From a virus (lineage: Duplodnaviria > Caudoviricetes): a stretch of DNA of 24,929 nt. The notes beneath the pieces are model-generated. The model worked only from the letters and a program-made list of their open reading frames with translations, was not told the origin of the DNA and did no database searches. Location: the IMG/VR virus record IMGVR_UViG_3300047399_000019, positions 1 through 24,929 of that record; one strand, given 5' to 3'. A program made the translations under genes and the position numbers. This document shows, piece by piece, positions 17,601 to 24,461 of the stretch. Each line of letters begins with the position of its first letter. The first letter of the stretch is position 1.

Positions 17601-19757
17601 CGCGCAAAGCCGTTCCGCGAAATGACGGTGTCCGAGTTCCGCGAAGTGATGGATGCCGTCAAGCAGGTTGAGCATGTGGGCAAGAATGCTCGCAAGATCA
17701 TGGCGATGCAGCGTCGCGCGCAGTTTGAAACAGAGCGCGATGGCGCCATCTTGAGCATTCGCACAATCGTCAAAGATCGTGTGCGTATTGAGCGCGAGGC
17801 CAAGAACAAGAAGGAACGCCGCATTCAATGGATGCGCGGATTCTTTGCGGAAGGTCTAAAGGCTGCTTCTGTCGTGCGAATCATGGATGGCGGCAAGGAC
17901 GGTGGACCGATGTGGCAATTGGTGATGAAGCCAGCAAATATGTGTGCCGATCGGGAAACCACCATGAAGGCGCGCGCAACCACATCATTTATGGACATCA
18001 TGGCGCCCATATTTGCTGGCGGACGAATGGAAGGCGCCGGAATCCATTTCGCATCAATTGATCGATCGATGACGCGAGCGCAGCGAATTGCGATTGCCCT
18101 AAACATGGGCAACGCTGGCAACATCCAGCGCCTGCTGGATGGCGAGAATTGGTCGATGGAACAGATCCAACCAATTCTTCAGTCGCTGACCGCAGAAGAA
18201 TGGCGCGCGGTGCAGAAGGTGTGGGATGAAATCAACACATACAAACCGTTGATTGCGGAAAAAGAGCGTCGCCTGTACGGCAAGGAACCAAGGTGGGTTG
18301 AACCACAACCGTTGACGGTGCAAACGGCGGATGGCGAAACGCTCACTCTTGCTGGCGGCTATTACCCCGCGAAGTATGACTACCGCGCCACGCGCGGCGG
18401 TCAGCAGATCAGCGAAGAGGAAGCCGCAAAGCGCGATTTAGACGCCGCTCGCATTTCCAGCACTACGCACAGATCGTTTGTGAAGAACCGCGCAGAAGAA
18501 CCGCATGTCGGGCCGCTGTCATTGAGTTTGGATGTGCTGTTTTCTGGCATGAACGATGTCATCCACGATCTGTGTTGGCACGAATACCTGATCGATTTGC
18601 AGCGACTTCTTCGCGACAAGAAGTTTGACAGGGCTGTGCGCGAATCGTGGGGGCAGGAATTTATGATGGTGCTGGACAAGTTTGCCAAGGCGGTTGCTGC
18701 AGGCGAGCGAATTCCAAGCACCAATTCCGACAAATTCCTGATGGCGCTGCGACAGAACACTTCCGCAGCCGCGCTTGGCTATCAGTTGCTGAATGTCGCA
18801 TCGCAGGTCACGGGATTCGCAAACTCAATCGTTCGCGTTGGTCCCAAGTGGATTGGCCGAGGTGTTGGGGCATTCATGCAGAACCCCGCCAAGGCAATCC
18901 GAATGGTGCAACATCAATCGGAGTTCATGCGCAATCGCGCTCGCACCCAGTTCCGCGAACTGAACGAGTTGAAAAACATCGTGCGCGGCCAATCGGCCAT
19001 GGAACGCGGATGGAAGTCTGGCGTGTATTTCCTGACTGCCAGAATGCAGCGCATTGTGGATGTTCCCACATGGATGGGCGCATATGAGAAGGCGTTGTCT
19101 GAAGGCAACACCGAAGAGGATGCCGTGCTGATGGCGGATCAGGCCGTGATTGATTCGCAAGGCAGCGGCATGGTCAAGGACATGAGCGAGTGGCAGCGCG
19201 GAACGGCTGCGCAAAAAATGTTCACGGTGTTCTATGACTACATGAACACGGTGTACAACCAAGTGGCAACATCGGCCATGACTCCGCAAACCATGGGCAA
19301 GAAGGCCGCTGACATGGTCATGCTTCTGGTTGTTCCGGTTGTTCTCAATCGCATGCTTCGCGATGCACTTACGCCAAGCGGTGGAGATGACGATGAGAAG
19401 TACTGGAAGAAGTTGGCGCGCAGGTTGGCCGAAGACGAGATGGGGTATCTGCTTGGCACCATGATCTATGTGCGCGAATTCAACGAGGCGCTCAAGGTTA
19501 TTAGCGGCGGCAAGAGTTTCGGATATCAAGGCCCAACCGGATTGAGGCAAATTTCCGATCTCATCAAGTTGGGCCAGCAGTCATGGCAAATGAAACTGGA
19601 TCGCGCGTTCCGCAAGTCGGCAATCGATGTGCTTGGCGATTACACGGGCATTCCATCGGTGCAAATCAATCGCACGATCGATGGCGTTGAAGCCATGATT
19701 GAAGGCAAAACCAAGAATCCGTTGGCCGTATTTGCGGGCGTGCGCAGCAACAAGTAG
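8673..19757 (+). CDS. Giant internal virion / polyvalent protein (~3,694 aa; T7 gp16-like position)
   Basis: ATG at 8673 with GGAG upstream; uninterrupted 11-kb ORF between the ejection proteins and the tail fibre. LPD22-like N-terminus, Gly-rich hydrophobic segment, ART, HhH, GNAT-like, EEVQSDW and HExxH domains, helical C-terminus. Confidence 0.9.
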   Translation: MSQFDINQRMNQFAPSQNPQEAPQAEAPTSMIAPTEPQQSTKQQWMEKFAKDDNAQLMTGIAAAVQQDPDKAGEAQKIAAMANVPASIALRNMEELGRRTRMEEWRQQNLSARFPVLANKMRDADFAAIAQDDRDNLTKSEDFWSAMPLTGNWAIDHYVMPNWVKKQALSGVTRGLTQHDAKALARPIIQTFNSISDDEETTLRKDYDNLEKLRQMFGQATGSVAEPTYALTQFVTSIPAMGTGAVLGGIAGGAVGVLGGPFMETTVPAMIGLGTRLGSAGGMYRDSYESNFAEIYFGLRNKGYSRNESFYIASGSSSVIAAMDVGAFGFVTSASRAAIRKTVMNQFLERMGKRALIAEAVTRPTITRGLYEAGKHLAESALGEAITEPIQDLIPWGAEVALYNLGKTKEEQERLKAPDTVAKQASQFIDTFLQTAQGSWIFGVPAAAHVIANSQHKVAQAKQTQEFIQTISDNALNAKVRDRNQNKFQDWIAEQADGKAGSTIYIDGQAMSNVLQQANIPVEAVDKLVPGLRQQVANLQSVGMDGDVTIETSRFASHLAGTPLGEALMPHVRMSPDAISFADAPVAARVESILNNSVKRQASDLLDAKRSADQSFIESAHKVEDGVKAQLIATGQYSSSDAASSATVVRDFVSVMAARSKKTPEQFFDEHRLQIMGAVSQVEPTPAAEGQFDQAGRQRTETPEFKSWFGESKVVDAEGKPLVVYHGTSAAQDFAEFQVGPSGIYGKGVYLTNTPQAAATYAGEQTGARTIPVYVSLKNPFVYDERNNNGESFLEAVSRETGVRVSAASSNEKVQRVLRDAGFDGVEVRNVSGPEDTRYFVAFDPTQIKSVFNRGTYSPETGNILEQAAIEDAAEDAKGDDVAPTEQPPVPEQVDELAALDNANKLASSRVWDRGRDLKAALQSGLLAEARKAGIDLASPSPETIRYLVRVGVRDAKTALKQNANAVGWYDIKTRQALAVMALVHPEIATDENARFAFVWALAVTSNGLKVDKNFELAEQAYRQYKKKGVMPTDVGIGTAGEAINNSLGLFNELVQEWGIDDLRRFMQTNFTVGEIAAISKDLKPGGEHVATVVRGSAILGPKIGNGFFSNLYGNFSSLTMDRWLIRTWGRWTGTLIKDQPTHTADARARLSKSIASMTPKQLSQLSQIVGIDVATADADQVAVAIQEASANKTKRDSLNLIDATQEFRKSGNGLAKYLDGQKEAPSGPGERTFIRDVFSQILAELQQIPEYADLTMADLQAALWYAEKRLYENAKEDVTEDEIEGYTDEEAPDYANAAVAVAKAKKVSNAKISEALNKEQQRDRAAGIQFGDAESTFESEGKRAAPAGFSESEKRQFVGTVATRRIRIERRSDTTGNWSYRARSDRDGRAVRVLKKLGVKYIAEWKPGKALKRVYGANGVVAPTFVELEPSLDSGRAFQARIQASKSQNKFGAAVYVYSAEEYAGMRLFLSEDGNAGVAVKPDGDMVSVFSTPGSNMGRAVVEMGVAAGATKGDAFETILPAFYAAHGFKVVSRLKWDESQRPADWDKATFGKFNNGEPDVVFMAYDPNSFERHEQGETGAVATSYDNALELQAKEQERIARRMQREGRAAMGAGAPRAAALTPQVFEQAQIQKAQFYSALEQGIAGIDAESLATDGWKQRIQGLVNKGLVKKEELEWSGLLEWLDGHSGDKLTRAQMLEYLEGNGVQVRVLTRERVSKTNYEYFQFEKALANIERDLDEAGNLTPEVKSALDEMRSRANQMRQAYPRWANTSNVQMGSMFEEMLRADNEAVSVLRDTVQAALDKTFVSTGVSQNAYSVATYLYRASFERPEIPELPRYDGYRVDGDAKNYRETLVTIPRYGPATSDQYVGKHWDEENVVVHVRSTERIDANGKRVMFIEEVQSDWGQDIRGTERMSAEQRQELTRQFRQALIDYDNERDNRDKLNVKYGDQKFALLEELRRKNRVSYMIARDESSAKQREILMQYVRDGVLISAPDFVDTVTQMLAARERTTEADNRVLNLQSILDAPNYPDAPFVGSTEAWLTLALKQVVLEAMANGIDTVMFSPDTVHTKRWGSQQILWNLNERGNWSIRIQSQVDGRAAGINLEEEAIRRGLANNTEYEIPNDRNAFIQAIAPELRDETFNNKTSAQAEAMASKLWDRMQANSTGVMRPRREGFEGFYGDANGNNVNTGKPAMLRTTLGKLAKKIGARIETAKIATFADILQAGPTATFQEDLFDMLGERVEFNIDNMRESLQAWVNKVNLWVGEQVLDPNVSEQLLFDAMRIYQEVQPDVGVTIGAGKGSERIVKQIAAMWPTQMPTLGGITLELTPESRAKAEGGFPLFQAMPSPTPAPGPRGTLDPSKLLMTLGKAADRSTFLHESAHYFLTVMGNISGGPSASPEMRSEFDTLLRWFGIAGSNEEERIANWSAMSLDEQREYHEQFAYNFEIYLSEGRAPSPEMETAFEQFAMWLKRIYVSIRDDLNAIYRAQFGRDLPILTGEVRQVMDRMLATDAQIERAEAIRSMRAVFQTREEALAQGMSEEEWLAYQDMDRAATREAKNRLRAESMQTMGWVSGARERVLRELQSQQDDRRREVRDEIRDKVAKSPIYRAIRYLRRGEYEDGDGKIAKADAGYKLSGSGVDEVLNAANRSVSVAGTSELRMADTYIDPLRIPRWATASEGQHPDVVAERFGFSSGHELLRALVNAKPMREEIAAQTDAEMERRYGDIDSPQAREAAVDMAIHNAARSRFVAVELRFLAKIKAPVRVMLAAARSVARAAIAEKRIRDLRPGDYTAAEAKAAREAESAYAARQSPEQAAQAAYTRAMTDLAGSVAAGMPMSEAEAQASQKAEEARQRVAEREAAYRAKYPDGDPAEVIIRAKRTQMVQNQMASQALEALNEIKKGVRYLRDVLSDGNRKRMGAEAADQIEAILSAFDLRPLTQKQMDLKATLRAWLDSLAKDGIVPDIDPDLISRAKPFREMTVSEFREVMDAVKQVEHVGKNARKIMAMQRRAQFETERDGAILSIRTIVKDRVRIEREAKNKKERRIQWMRGFFAEGLKAASVVRIMDGGKDGGPMWQLVMKPANMCADRETTMKARATTSFMDIMAPIFAGGRMEGAGIHFASIDRSMTRAQRIAIALNMGNAGNIQRLLDGENWSMEQIQPILQSLTAEEWRAVQKVWDEINTYKPLIAEKERRLYGKEPRWVEPQPLTVQTADGETLTLAGGYYPAKYDYRATRGGQQISEEEAAKRDLDAARISSTTHRSFVKNRAEEPHVGPLSLSLDVLFSGMNDVIHDLCWHEYLIDLQRLLRDKKFDRAVRESWGQEFMMVLDKFAKAVAAGERIPSTNSDKFLMALRQNTSAAALGYQLLNVASQVTGFANSIVRVGPKWIGRGVGAFMQNPAKAIRMVQHQSEFMRNRARTQFRELNELKNIVRGQSAMERGWKSGVYFLTARMQRIVDVPTWMGAYEKALSEGNTEEDAVLMADQAVIDSQGSGMVKDMSEWQRGTAAQKMFTVFYDYMNTVYNQVATSAMTPQTMGKKAADMVMLLVVPVVLNRMLRDALTPSGGDDDEKYWKKLARRLAEDEMGYLLGTMIYVREFNEALKVISGGKSFGYQGPTGLRQISDLIKLGQQSWQMKLDRAFRKSAIDVLGDYTGIPSVQINRTIDGVEAMIEGKTKNPLAVFAGVRSNK
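10770..11264 (+). other. ADP-ribosyltransferase domain (ART-PolyVal-like) within the giant protein
   Basis: FKSWFGESKVVD..GKPLVVYHGT, GKGVYLT, A.TYA, PVYVSLKNP, GFDGV, VAFDPTQIKS. Confidence 0.85.
11571..12490 (+). other. HhH-GPD (OGG1/EndoIII-like) glycosylase-fold domain within the giant protein
   Basis: GWY, LAVTS......N, LGPKIG (K at 11979), TMDRW (D at 12036), LQAALW (12450-12467). Confidence 0.65.
12990..13380 (+). other. GNAT-like acetyltransferase domain within the giant protein
   Basis: Beta strands LFLS..G.AGVAV..DGDMVSVFS, motif A-like MGRAVVEMGV..G, and motif B-like LPAFYAAHGF. Confidence 0.65.
15747..16110 (+). other. Zincin-like metallopeptidase domain (MPTase-type) within the giant protein
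   Basis: STFLHESAHYF (HExxH at 15816-15830) and downstream HEQFA (E at 15999) as the candidate third ligand. Confidence 0.75.
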
Positions 19758-19811
19758 TTCCGGTATCCATACAAGAAATCAGCACTCTTTCAATTTGAAA
19801 CGGAGATCAGC

Positions 19812-21584
19812 ATGACCATCAGCAGCACGACGCGCGTTGTTCAATACACAGGCAATGGAAGCGCCGCAACATTTGCGTTTTCGTTCAAGGTATTTGCGGC
19901 AGCAGACCTATTGGTTGTGCGAAATGAAATCAGCACGGGAACACAAACCGTTCTGCTCCTCAACACCGATTACACAGTGACGCTGAATGCGAATCAGAAT
20001 TCACCGAACCCGGGCGGATCAATCACATTGGTTGCGGGGGCGCTTGCATCCACATACACGCTGACCATTTCGTCTGCGATTCAGAATCTTCAGCCAACTG
20101 ATCTGACGAATCAGGGCGGGTTCTATCCAGAAGTGATTACTGATTCGCTGGATCGCGCAACGATTCAGATTCAGCAATTGGAACAGGCAACCGACAGGAC
20201 GCTGGTGGCTCCGCTGGTTGATGGTTCGATTGACATGACCATTCCAGCAACGGCTGCGCGTGCTGGCAAATTCCTCACATTCGACACCAACGGGGTGCCA
20301 ACGGTTTCGACTGGAACTGGAAACGACACGGCGCTGCGTACTGATCTTGCGAACAATACAGTCGTGTCCGCAGGTGCAAGTCTGGTTGGCTATAGGCCGA
20401 CTGCCAGCACTTCATCTACTCGAACCGTTCTTACCAAACTTCGCGACCTCCCGGTAAGCGTCAAAGACTTTGGCGCGATTGGCAACGGAGTCGCGAACGA
20501 TACCGCCGCGTTCAATGCGGCTTGGACGGCCAGTACCCCAGCCGCTGTGTTCATTCCGGCAGGAACCTATGTGATTTCTGGCACGGTAACAGGCACGTTC
20601 TACAGTCACGGGAACGTGACCATTTCCGGCGGCACGGTCAATACCATCACGACGTATTCGGCCAACACAACGATTCCGGGCACGCTTGGCGTCACTGGAA
20701 ACAGCACGCTAGGCGGAACACTTGCTGTCACGGGAAACACAACCGTTGGCGGCACGCTTGGTGTTACTGGGAATTCCACGCTGTCCGGCACGCTGGCAGT
20801 TACTGGAAACACAACGCTGACTGGTGACCTTGCCGTCAATGGAGCGGATATCACCACTACCGAAACCGGAACAGCAAACATCTTCAATACCAATGTTGCC
20901 AACATCAACATTGGTCAAGCAGCAAACTATATTACTGTTGGTGCAAACAACACGGTGCTGTTTGGCGGATATGTATATGGCGATCAGGGTTTTGGTACGC
21001 GCTCAATGCTAATTCCCGTAAGAGCATGGGCAAATGCTGGAAGTTTTGCGCAAGTTACAAGCGGCGGATGGAATGCGGCAACTGCAACTAGAACTGCCGG
21101 ATCAACAACTTGCACAATCAATTGTTCTCTTCACGGCCTTGCAACCGGACAATATGTTTCTACATTCACCGCGGGCCAAATTGAACCAACCGTAAATAGT
21201 TATCAAGTTACTGTTACCGATGTATCGACATTTACTATCACAACTCCCGGTGCAACTGGTGCTTTGTCGAACAGTACAGTTGCGTTTGGACAATATGCAA
21301 TACGAAGAAGTTATGGAATTCATTCCATTGTTCGGCGTGCAAATACTGCTGGGCAGTTGTTGATCAATTTTAGGGTTGTTGATGTGTTATTTCCAGACAA
21401 TCAGTACATTGTTACTGGCAACGCATCTGATACAACAAATTCAACAACGGCAGCATATGTGTTGCAAACGCAATCATCGATCGGTTTGGGAAACACCGCA
21501 AATGTTGCCTTTATCAATGTTCGTCGCGCATCCAATGAGGCATTGTCCGATTTTACGCAATTGAATTTTGCGGTAATCAGATGA
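19812..21584 (+). CDS. Tail fibre 1 (T7 gp17-type N-terminal anchor)
   Basis: GGAG RBS. YTGNG...TF.F.FKVF...DL.V, DL.NQGGFYPEVI..SLDR.TI..QQL anchor, VSVKDFGA.G.G..NDT.AF motif, beta-spiral repeats, RAW-type tip. Confidence 0.9.
   Translation: MTISSTTRVVQYTGNGSAATFAFSFKVFAAADLLVVRNEISTGTQTVLLLNTDYTVTLNANQNSPNPGGSITLVAGALASTYTLTISSAIQNLQPTDLTNQGGFYPEVITDSLDRATIQIQQLEQATDRTLVAPLVDGSIDMTIPATAARAGKFLTFDTNGVPTVSTGTGNDTALRTDLANNTVVSAGASLVGYRPTASTSSTRTVLTKLRDLPVSVKDFGAIGNGVANDTAAFNAAWTASTPAAVFIPAGTYVISGTVTGTFYSHGNVTISGGTVNTITTYSANTTIPGTLGVTGNSTLGGTLAVTGNTTVGGTLGVTGNSTLSGTLAVTGNTTLTGDLAVNGADITTTETGTANIFNTNVANINIGQAANYITVGANNTVLFGGYVYGDQGFGTRSMLIPVRAWANAGSFAQVTSGGWNAATATRTAGSTTCTINCSLHGLATGQYVSTFTAGQIEPTVNSYQVTVTDVSTFTITTPGATGALSNSTVAFGQYAIRRSYGIHSIVRRANTAGQLLINFRVVDVLFPDNQYIVTGNASDTTNSTTAAYVLQTQSSIGLGNTANVAFINVRRASNEALSDFTQLNFAVIR
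20679..20843 (+). repeat. 36-nt (12-aa) tandem repeat, ~4.5 copies
   Basis: GTLGVTGNSTLG / GTLAVTGNTTVG / GTLGVTGNSTLS / GTLAVTGNTTLT / GDLAVNG. Confidence 0.92.
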
Positions 21585-23125
21585 TCCGTTCGCACGGAGG
21601 CATCTTTGGTCGGAACCCGGCATTCCAGAATGTGGAAGTGCAGGGCGATTTGACTGTGGATGGGTCGGCAACGATTGTCGGCACTACGAACGCCACGAAC
21701 ATCAACATTACAAGCGGAACAATTGGCAACCCAGACGCTGGCGCTGCAATAACTTTTGATTCGTCCAATCAAGTGGTTTCGATTGGTGATGTAAATGGCG
21801 CGTTCAACGGCATCGGAATTATTGTTGACAACAATGTGGGCGCGATTACCCTAAACGGGTTTGTTGATCCAATCAATGGATTAGCAAGCAAGGGCACGCA
21901 ACTCAACAACATTGCTATTGGAGATGTTGCGGGAGCAACGCTGTCGCTTACTGCACAAGACAATGTCCTTGTTGGAGCGCAGGCCGGAGATGCGATTACA
22001 TCAGGGGATCGAAACATTGGAATCGGAACCAATGCTGTCGGTGCTGTCACAACGACAAGTGACTGTGTTGGCATTGGATATCAGGCGTTGCTTCTGAACA
22101 CGGCAAGTGGTCTTGTTGCGATTGGCTCCAACGCGCTGGATGCGAACACGACCGGGACGAACAATGTGGCGATTGGCTTGGATGCCGCGACCGCGATCAA
22201 TACCGGAGCCAGCAATTTGGCGATTGGAACAAATGCGCTGAAGGTTGCGACTACGGTCAGCGACAATGTGGCTATTGGCGTCAATGCGTTGCAGGCCAAG
22301 ACCAGCAGCGGCAACGGGAATGTAGCAATTGGTACCAGCGCCTTATACAGGGCTACGACATGTGCGTTTAGCACGGCAATTGGATATCAGTCGCAGTTCG
22401 GAAGCGCGTCGGTTACGGCACAGGCGAACACCAGCCTTGGCTACAACTCAATGGTGGCGATTACCAGCGGCAGTTACAACTCCGCATTTGGAATCAATGC
22501 TCTATACGGATTGACAACCGGGGCGCAGAACACCGCATGTGGAACGGAAGCGTTGTATGCGATCACTACAACCAGCAACAACACCGGCGTGGGACAACTG
22601 GCCTTGCGGTATGCCACAACCGGTTCGCAGAACACAGCCATTGGCTATCTAGCGGGCGCGTATAAGACGGCGTCCAACACGAACAACACTTTGCCCGGTG
22701 ACTGGAATGTGTACATCGGTGGTTCGGCACGAGCGAGCGGCGATAGCGTTACAAACGAGGTGGTGATCGGCGGAAACAATCCGCTTGGTCTGGGCAGCAA
22801 CACGACCACGATTGGAACGACGGCAACAACCGCTACGCGAATCTATGGCGTGGCTTCGACTGGACAGGTGGCGCCGACGATTGCCAGCGCCGCGACGATT
22901 GCTCCGACCACATCGGTAGTGTTCATTTCTGGCACGACGCAGATCAACACGATCACCGCTCCGACGCTGATCACGGGAACTGGCGGGCAGATCACACTCA
23001 TCCCAACAGGTTTGTGGACTACGGGAACGACAGGCAACATTGCCCTTGCCAGCACCGCAGTTGTCAGCAGGGCGCTCATAATGACCTATGACGCGGGAAC
23101 GGCAAAGTGGTATCCGTCCTACTGA
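21581..23125 (+). CDS. Tail fibre 2 / adhesin with YadA-head-like N-x-A-I-G repeats
   Basis: ATGA overlap with fibre 1. About 20 repeats of N[VT]AIGxxAL at roughly 14-aa average spacing; C-terminal beta domain ending KWYPSY. Confidence 0.85.
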   Translation: MIRSHGGIFGRNPAFQNVEVQGDLTVDGSATIVGTTNATNINITSGTIGNPDAGAAITFDSSNQVVSIGDVNGAFNGIGIIVDNNVGAITLNGFVDPINGLASKGTQLNNIAIGDVAGATLSLTAQDNVLVGAQAGDAITSGDRNIGIGTNAVGAVTTTSDCVGIGYQALLLNTASGLVAIGSNALDANTTGTNNVAIGLDAATAINTGASNLAIGTNALKVATTVSDNVAIGVNALQAKTSSGNGNVAIGTSALYRATTCAFSTAIGYQSQFGSASVTAQANTSLGYNSMVAITSGSYNSAFGINALYGLTTGAQNTACGTEALYAITTTSNNTGVGQLALRYATTGSQNTAIGYLAGAYKTASNTNNTLPGDWNVYIGGSARASGDSVTNEVVIGGNNPLGLGSNTTTIGTTATTATRIYGVASTGQVAPTIASAATIAPTTSVVFISGTTQINTITAPTLITGTGGQITLIPTGLWTTGTTGNIALASTAVVSRALIMTYDAGTAKWYPSY

Positions 23126-23126
23126 C

Positions 23127-23360
23127 ATGAGTATTCCAGTTGAATATCTCAATGGATTGCAAGATGTCGCCAAGCAGATCGATGCGATTTGCGATGGGAC
23201 GTTTGTATCTGACGCCATGATTCCAGAACCATTGGTGTCTGTGATGGAACGCCTTGTGGAACACATTCGCATTTTGGTGCGCATGTATCCAAACGAAAAC
23301 CTGATGACATTTGCCGCATCTGCCAACAGCGGTCAGGCATGGATTGAGGAGCATCGATAA
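23127..23360 (+). CDS. Small helical protein downstream of the fibres (possible fibre chaperone)
   Basis: ATG 1 nt after the fibre-2 stop; TAATG coupling to the next gene; 77 aa. Function is inferred from position only. Confidence 0.7.
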   Translation: MSIPVEYLNGLQDVAKQIDAICDGTFVSDAMIPEPLVSVMERLVEHIRILVRMYPNENLMTFAASANSGQAWIEEHR

Positions 23361-23671
23361 TGCCGCTGCAATCTGCGCGAACCGTCACCGGACCCAATCA
23401 ATGGACTACGCCGATTGTCATCATCGGATGGTTTACGGTGACCATTCGACGCGCTGACGGTGCGGTGGGATCATTGGGAGGCACGACAGTCACGGTGCAA
23501 CGATCGGTAGACAATGGCGTGTCGTATCAAGACGTAGACATCTGGACAAAAACCAGCGAAGACATTGGATTTGAGGCTGACTCTGCGCTTTACACTATCG
23601 GCGTCAAGGGGGGCGAATACTTCGATAGCGTGTATGTCGGATTCACCTTTGTGGGAAGCGTCAGAGCATGA
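23360..23671 (+). CDS. Hypothetical small beta-sandwich protein
   Basis: GAGGAG RBS, translational coupling at both ends, GTTVTVQRSVDNGVSYQDV beta/Asp-box-like motif. Confidence 0.75.
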   Translation: MPLQSARTVTGPNQWTTPIVIIGWFTVTIRRADGAVGSLGGTTVTVQRSVDNGVSYQDVDIWTKTSEDIGFEADSALYTIGVKGGEYFDSVYVGFTFVGSVRA

Positions 23672-23940
23672 ACATGGATCAGACCATTTTGAACTGGGTG
23701 TTCGGCGTCGCAGGCGCAGCCACGGGCTGGGTGCTGAAAGTGTTGTGGGATGCGGTCAGCGATCTCAAGCGCGACATCCGCCAGATTGAACGCGACATTC
23801 CTTCGATCTATGTACGGCGTGATGACTTCCGCGACGCCGTGCGGGAACTGAAGGATGACATGCGATCCGGTTTTGAAAAGGTTGAGGCCGCGCTGGCTGC
23901 GCTATCTGCGCGGTTGGATCATCAACAGGAAAGCAGATGA
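23668..23940 (+). CDS. Single-TM plus coiled-coil membrane protein (holin-like candidate)
   Basis: ATGA overlaps at both ends. Hydrophobic ILNWVFGVAGAATGWVLKVLW followed by a heptad region with YVRRDDF. Two possible starts (23668, 23674). Confidence 0.75.
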   Translation: MNMDQTILNWVFGVAGAATGWVLKVLWDAVSDLKRDIRQIERDIPSIYVRRDDFRDAVRELKDDMRSGFEKVEAALAALSARLDHQQESR

Positions 23941-24461
23941 TTGGGCGAACGGCAGCCGCCATCGTGGTATGTGCTGTGGCTGCTGGCTGCAACCCTGTTG
24001 CGCGAATCGCTCATAGCACAAATGCGATCCGCACAGAAGCGTCGGCACTTGCCGCTTACGGGCGCGCTATCAACGACACGACGGTTGTTCACAGCGCCGA
24101 TCGGATCGAAGACCTCGCGGCGGAAATCCATGAGACATTGCCGGAAGTGGAAGCGAAAACCCCCGCGTGGATGAGCATGATCATGTATATCGCGTGGGCT
24201 GGAATTGCCATCGCGATTTGCGTGATGCTGTGGCAAACCGGGCTGGGCAAAATGATCAAGGTTTTGATTGGCTACATCCCTGCGCCAATTGAAAGGGAGG
24301 CCCGGTTGTTGCGCGATGTGATTGATCCAAACAAACCGGAGGACATTCGGGAATTCGTAGCGGCTCGCCGCAGTTCTTCGCCCCTGTTTGATCTGGCGTG
24401 GCGCAGACAACAGGGCCAGACCTCTGCCACAAAGGACACGCACGATGTACATCCTCGGTGA
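23937..24461 (+). CDS. Predicted lipoprotein with internal TM helix (spanin-like candidate)
   Basis: Signal peptide MIGRTAAAIVVCAVAAG-C18, helical segment, TM WMSMIMYIAWAGIAIAICVMLW starting at 24168. Confidence 0.75.
   Translation: MIGRTAAAIVVCAVAAGCNPVARIAHSTNAIRTEASALAAYGRAINDTTVVHSADRIEDLAAEIHETLPEVEAKTPAWMSMIMYIAWAGIAIAICVMLWQTGLGKMIKVLIGYIPAPIEREARLLRDVIDPNKPEDIREFVAARRSSSPLFDLAWRRQQGQTSATKDTHDVHPR

Noticed and set aside
16653-17828. 391-aa antisense ORF and the many other minus-strand ORFs within the giant gene
   Set aside because: Shadow ORFs expected opposite GC-rich coding sequence; low-information L/R/G/H-rich translations.
20679-20843. 36-nt periodic repeats as a CRISPR-like array
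   Set aside because: No unique spacers, variation is mostly at synonymous positions, and the repeats are in frame within the fibre.
19812-23125. Diversity-generating retroelement, suggested by the BPP-1-like head genes
   Set aside because: No reverse transcriptase, no TR/VR pair differing at adenines, and no Mtd-like C-type lectin tip seen in this window.
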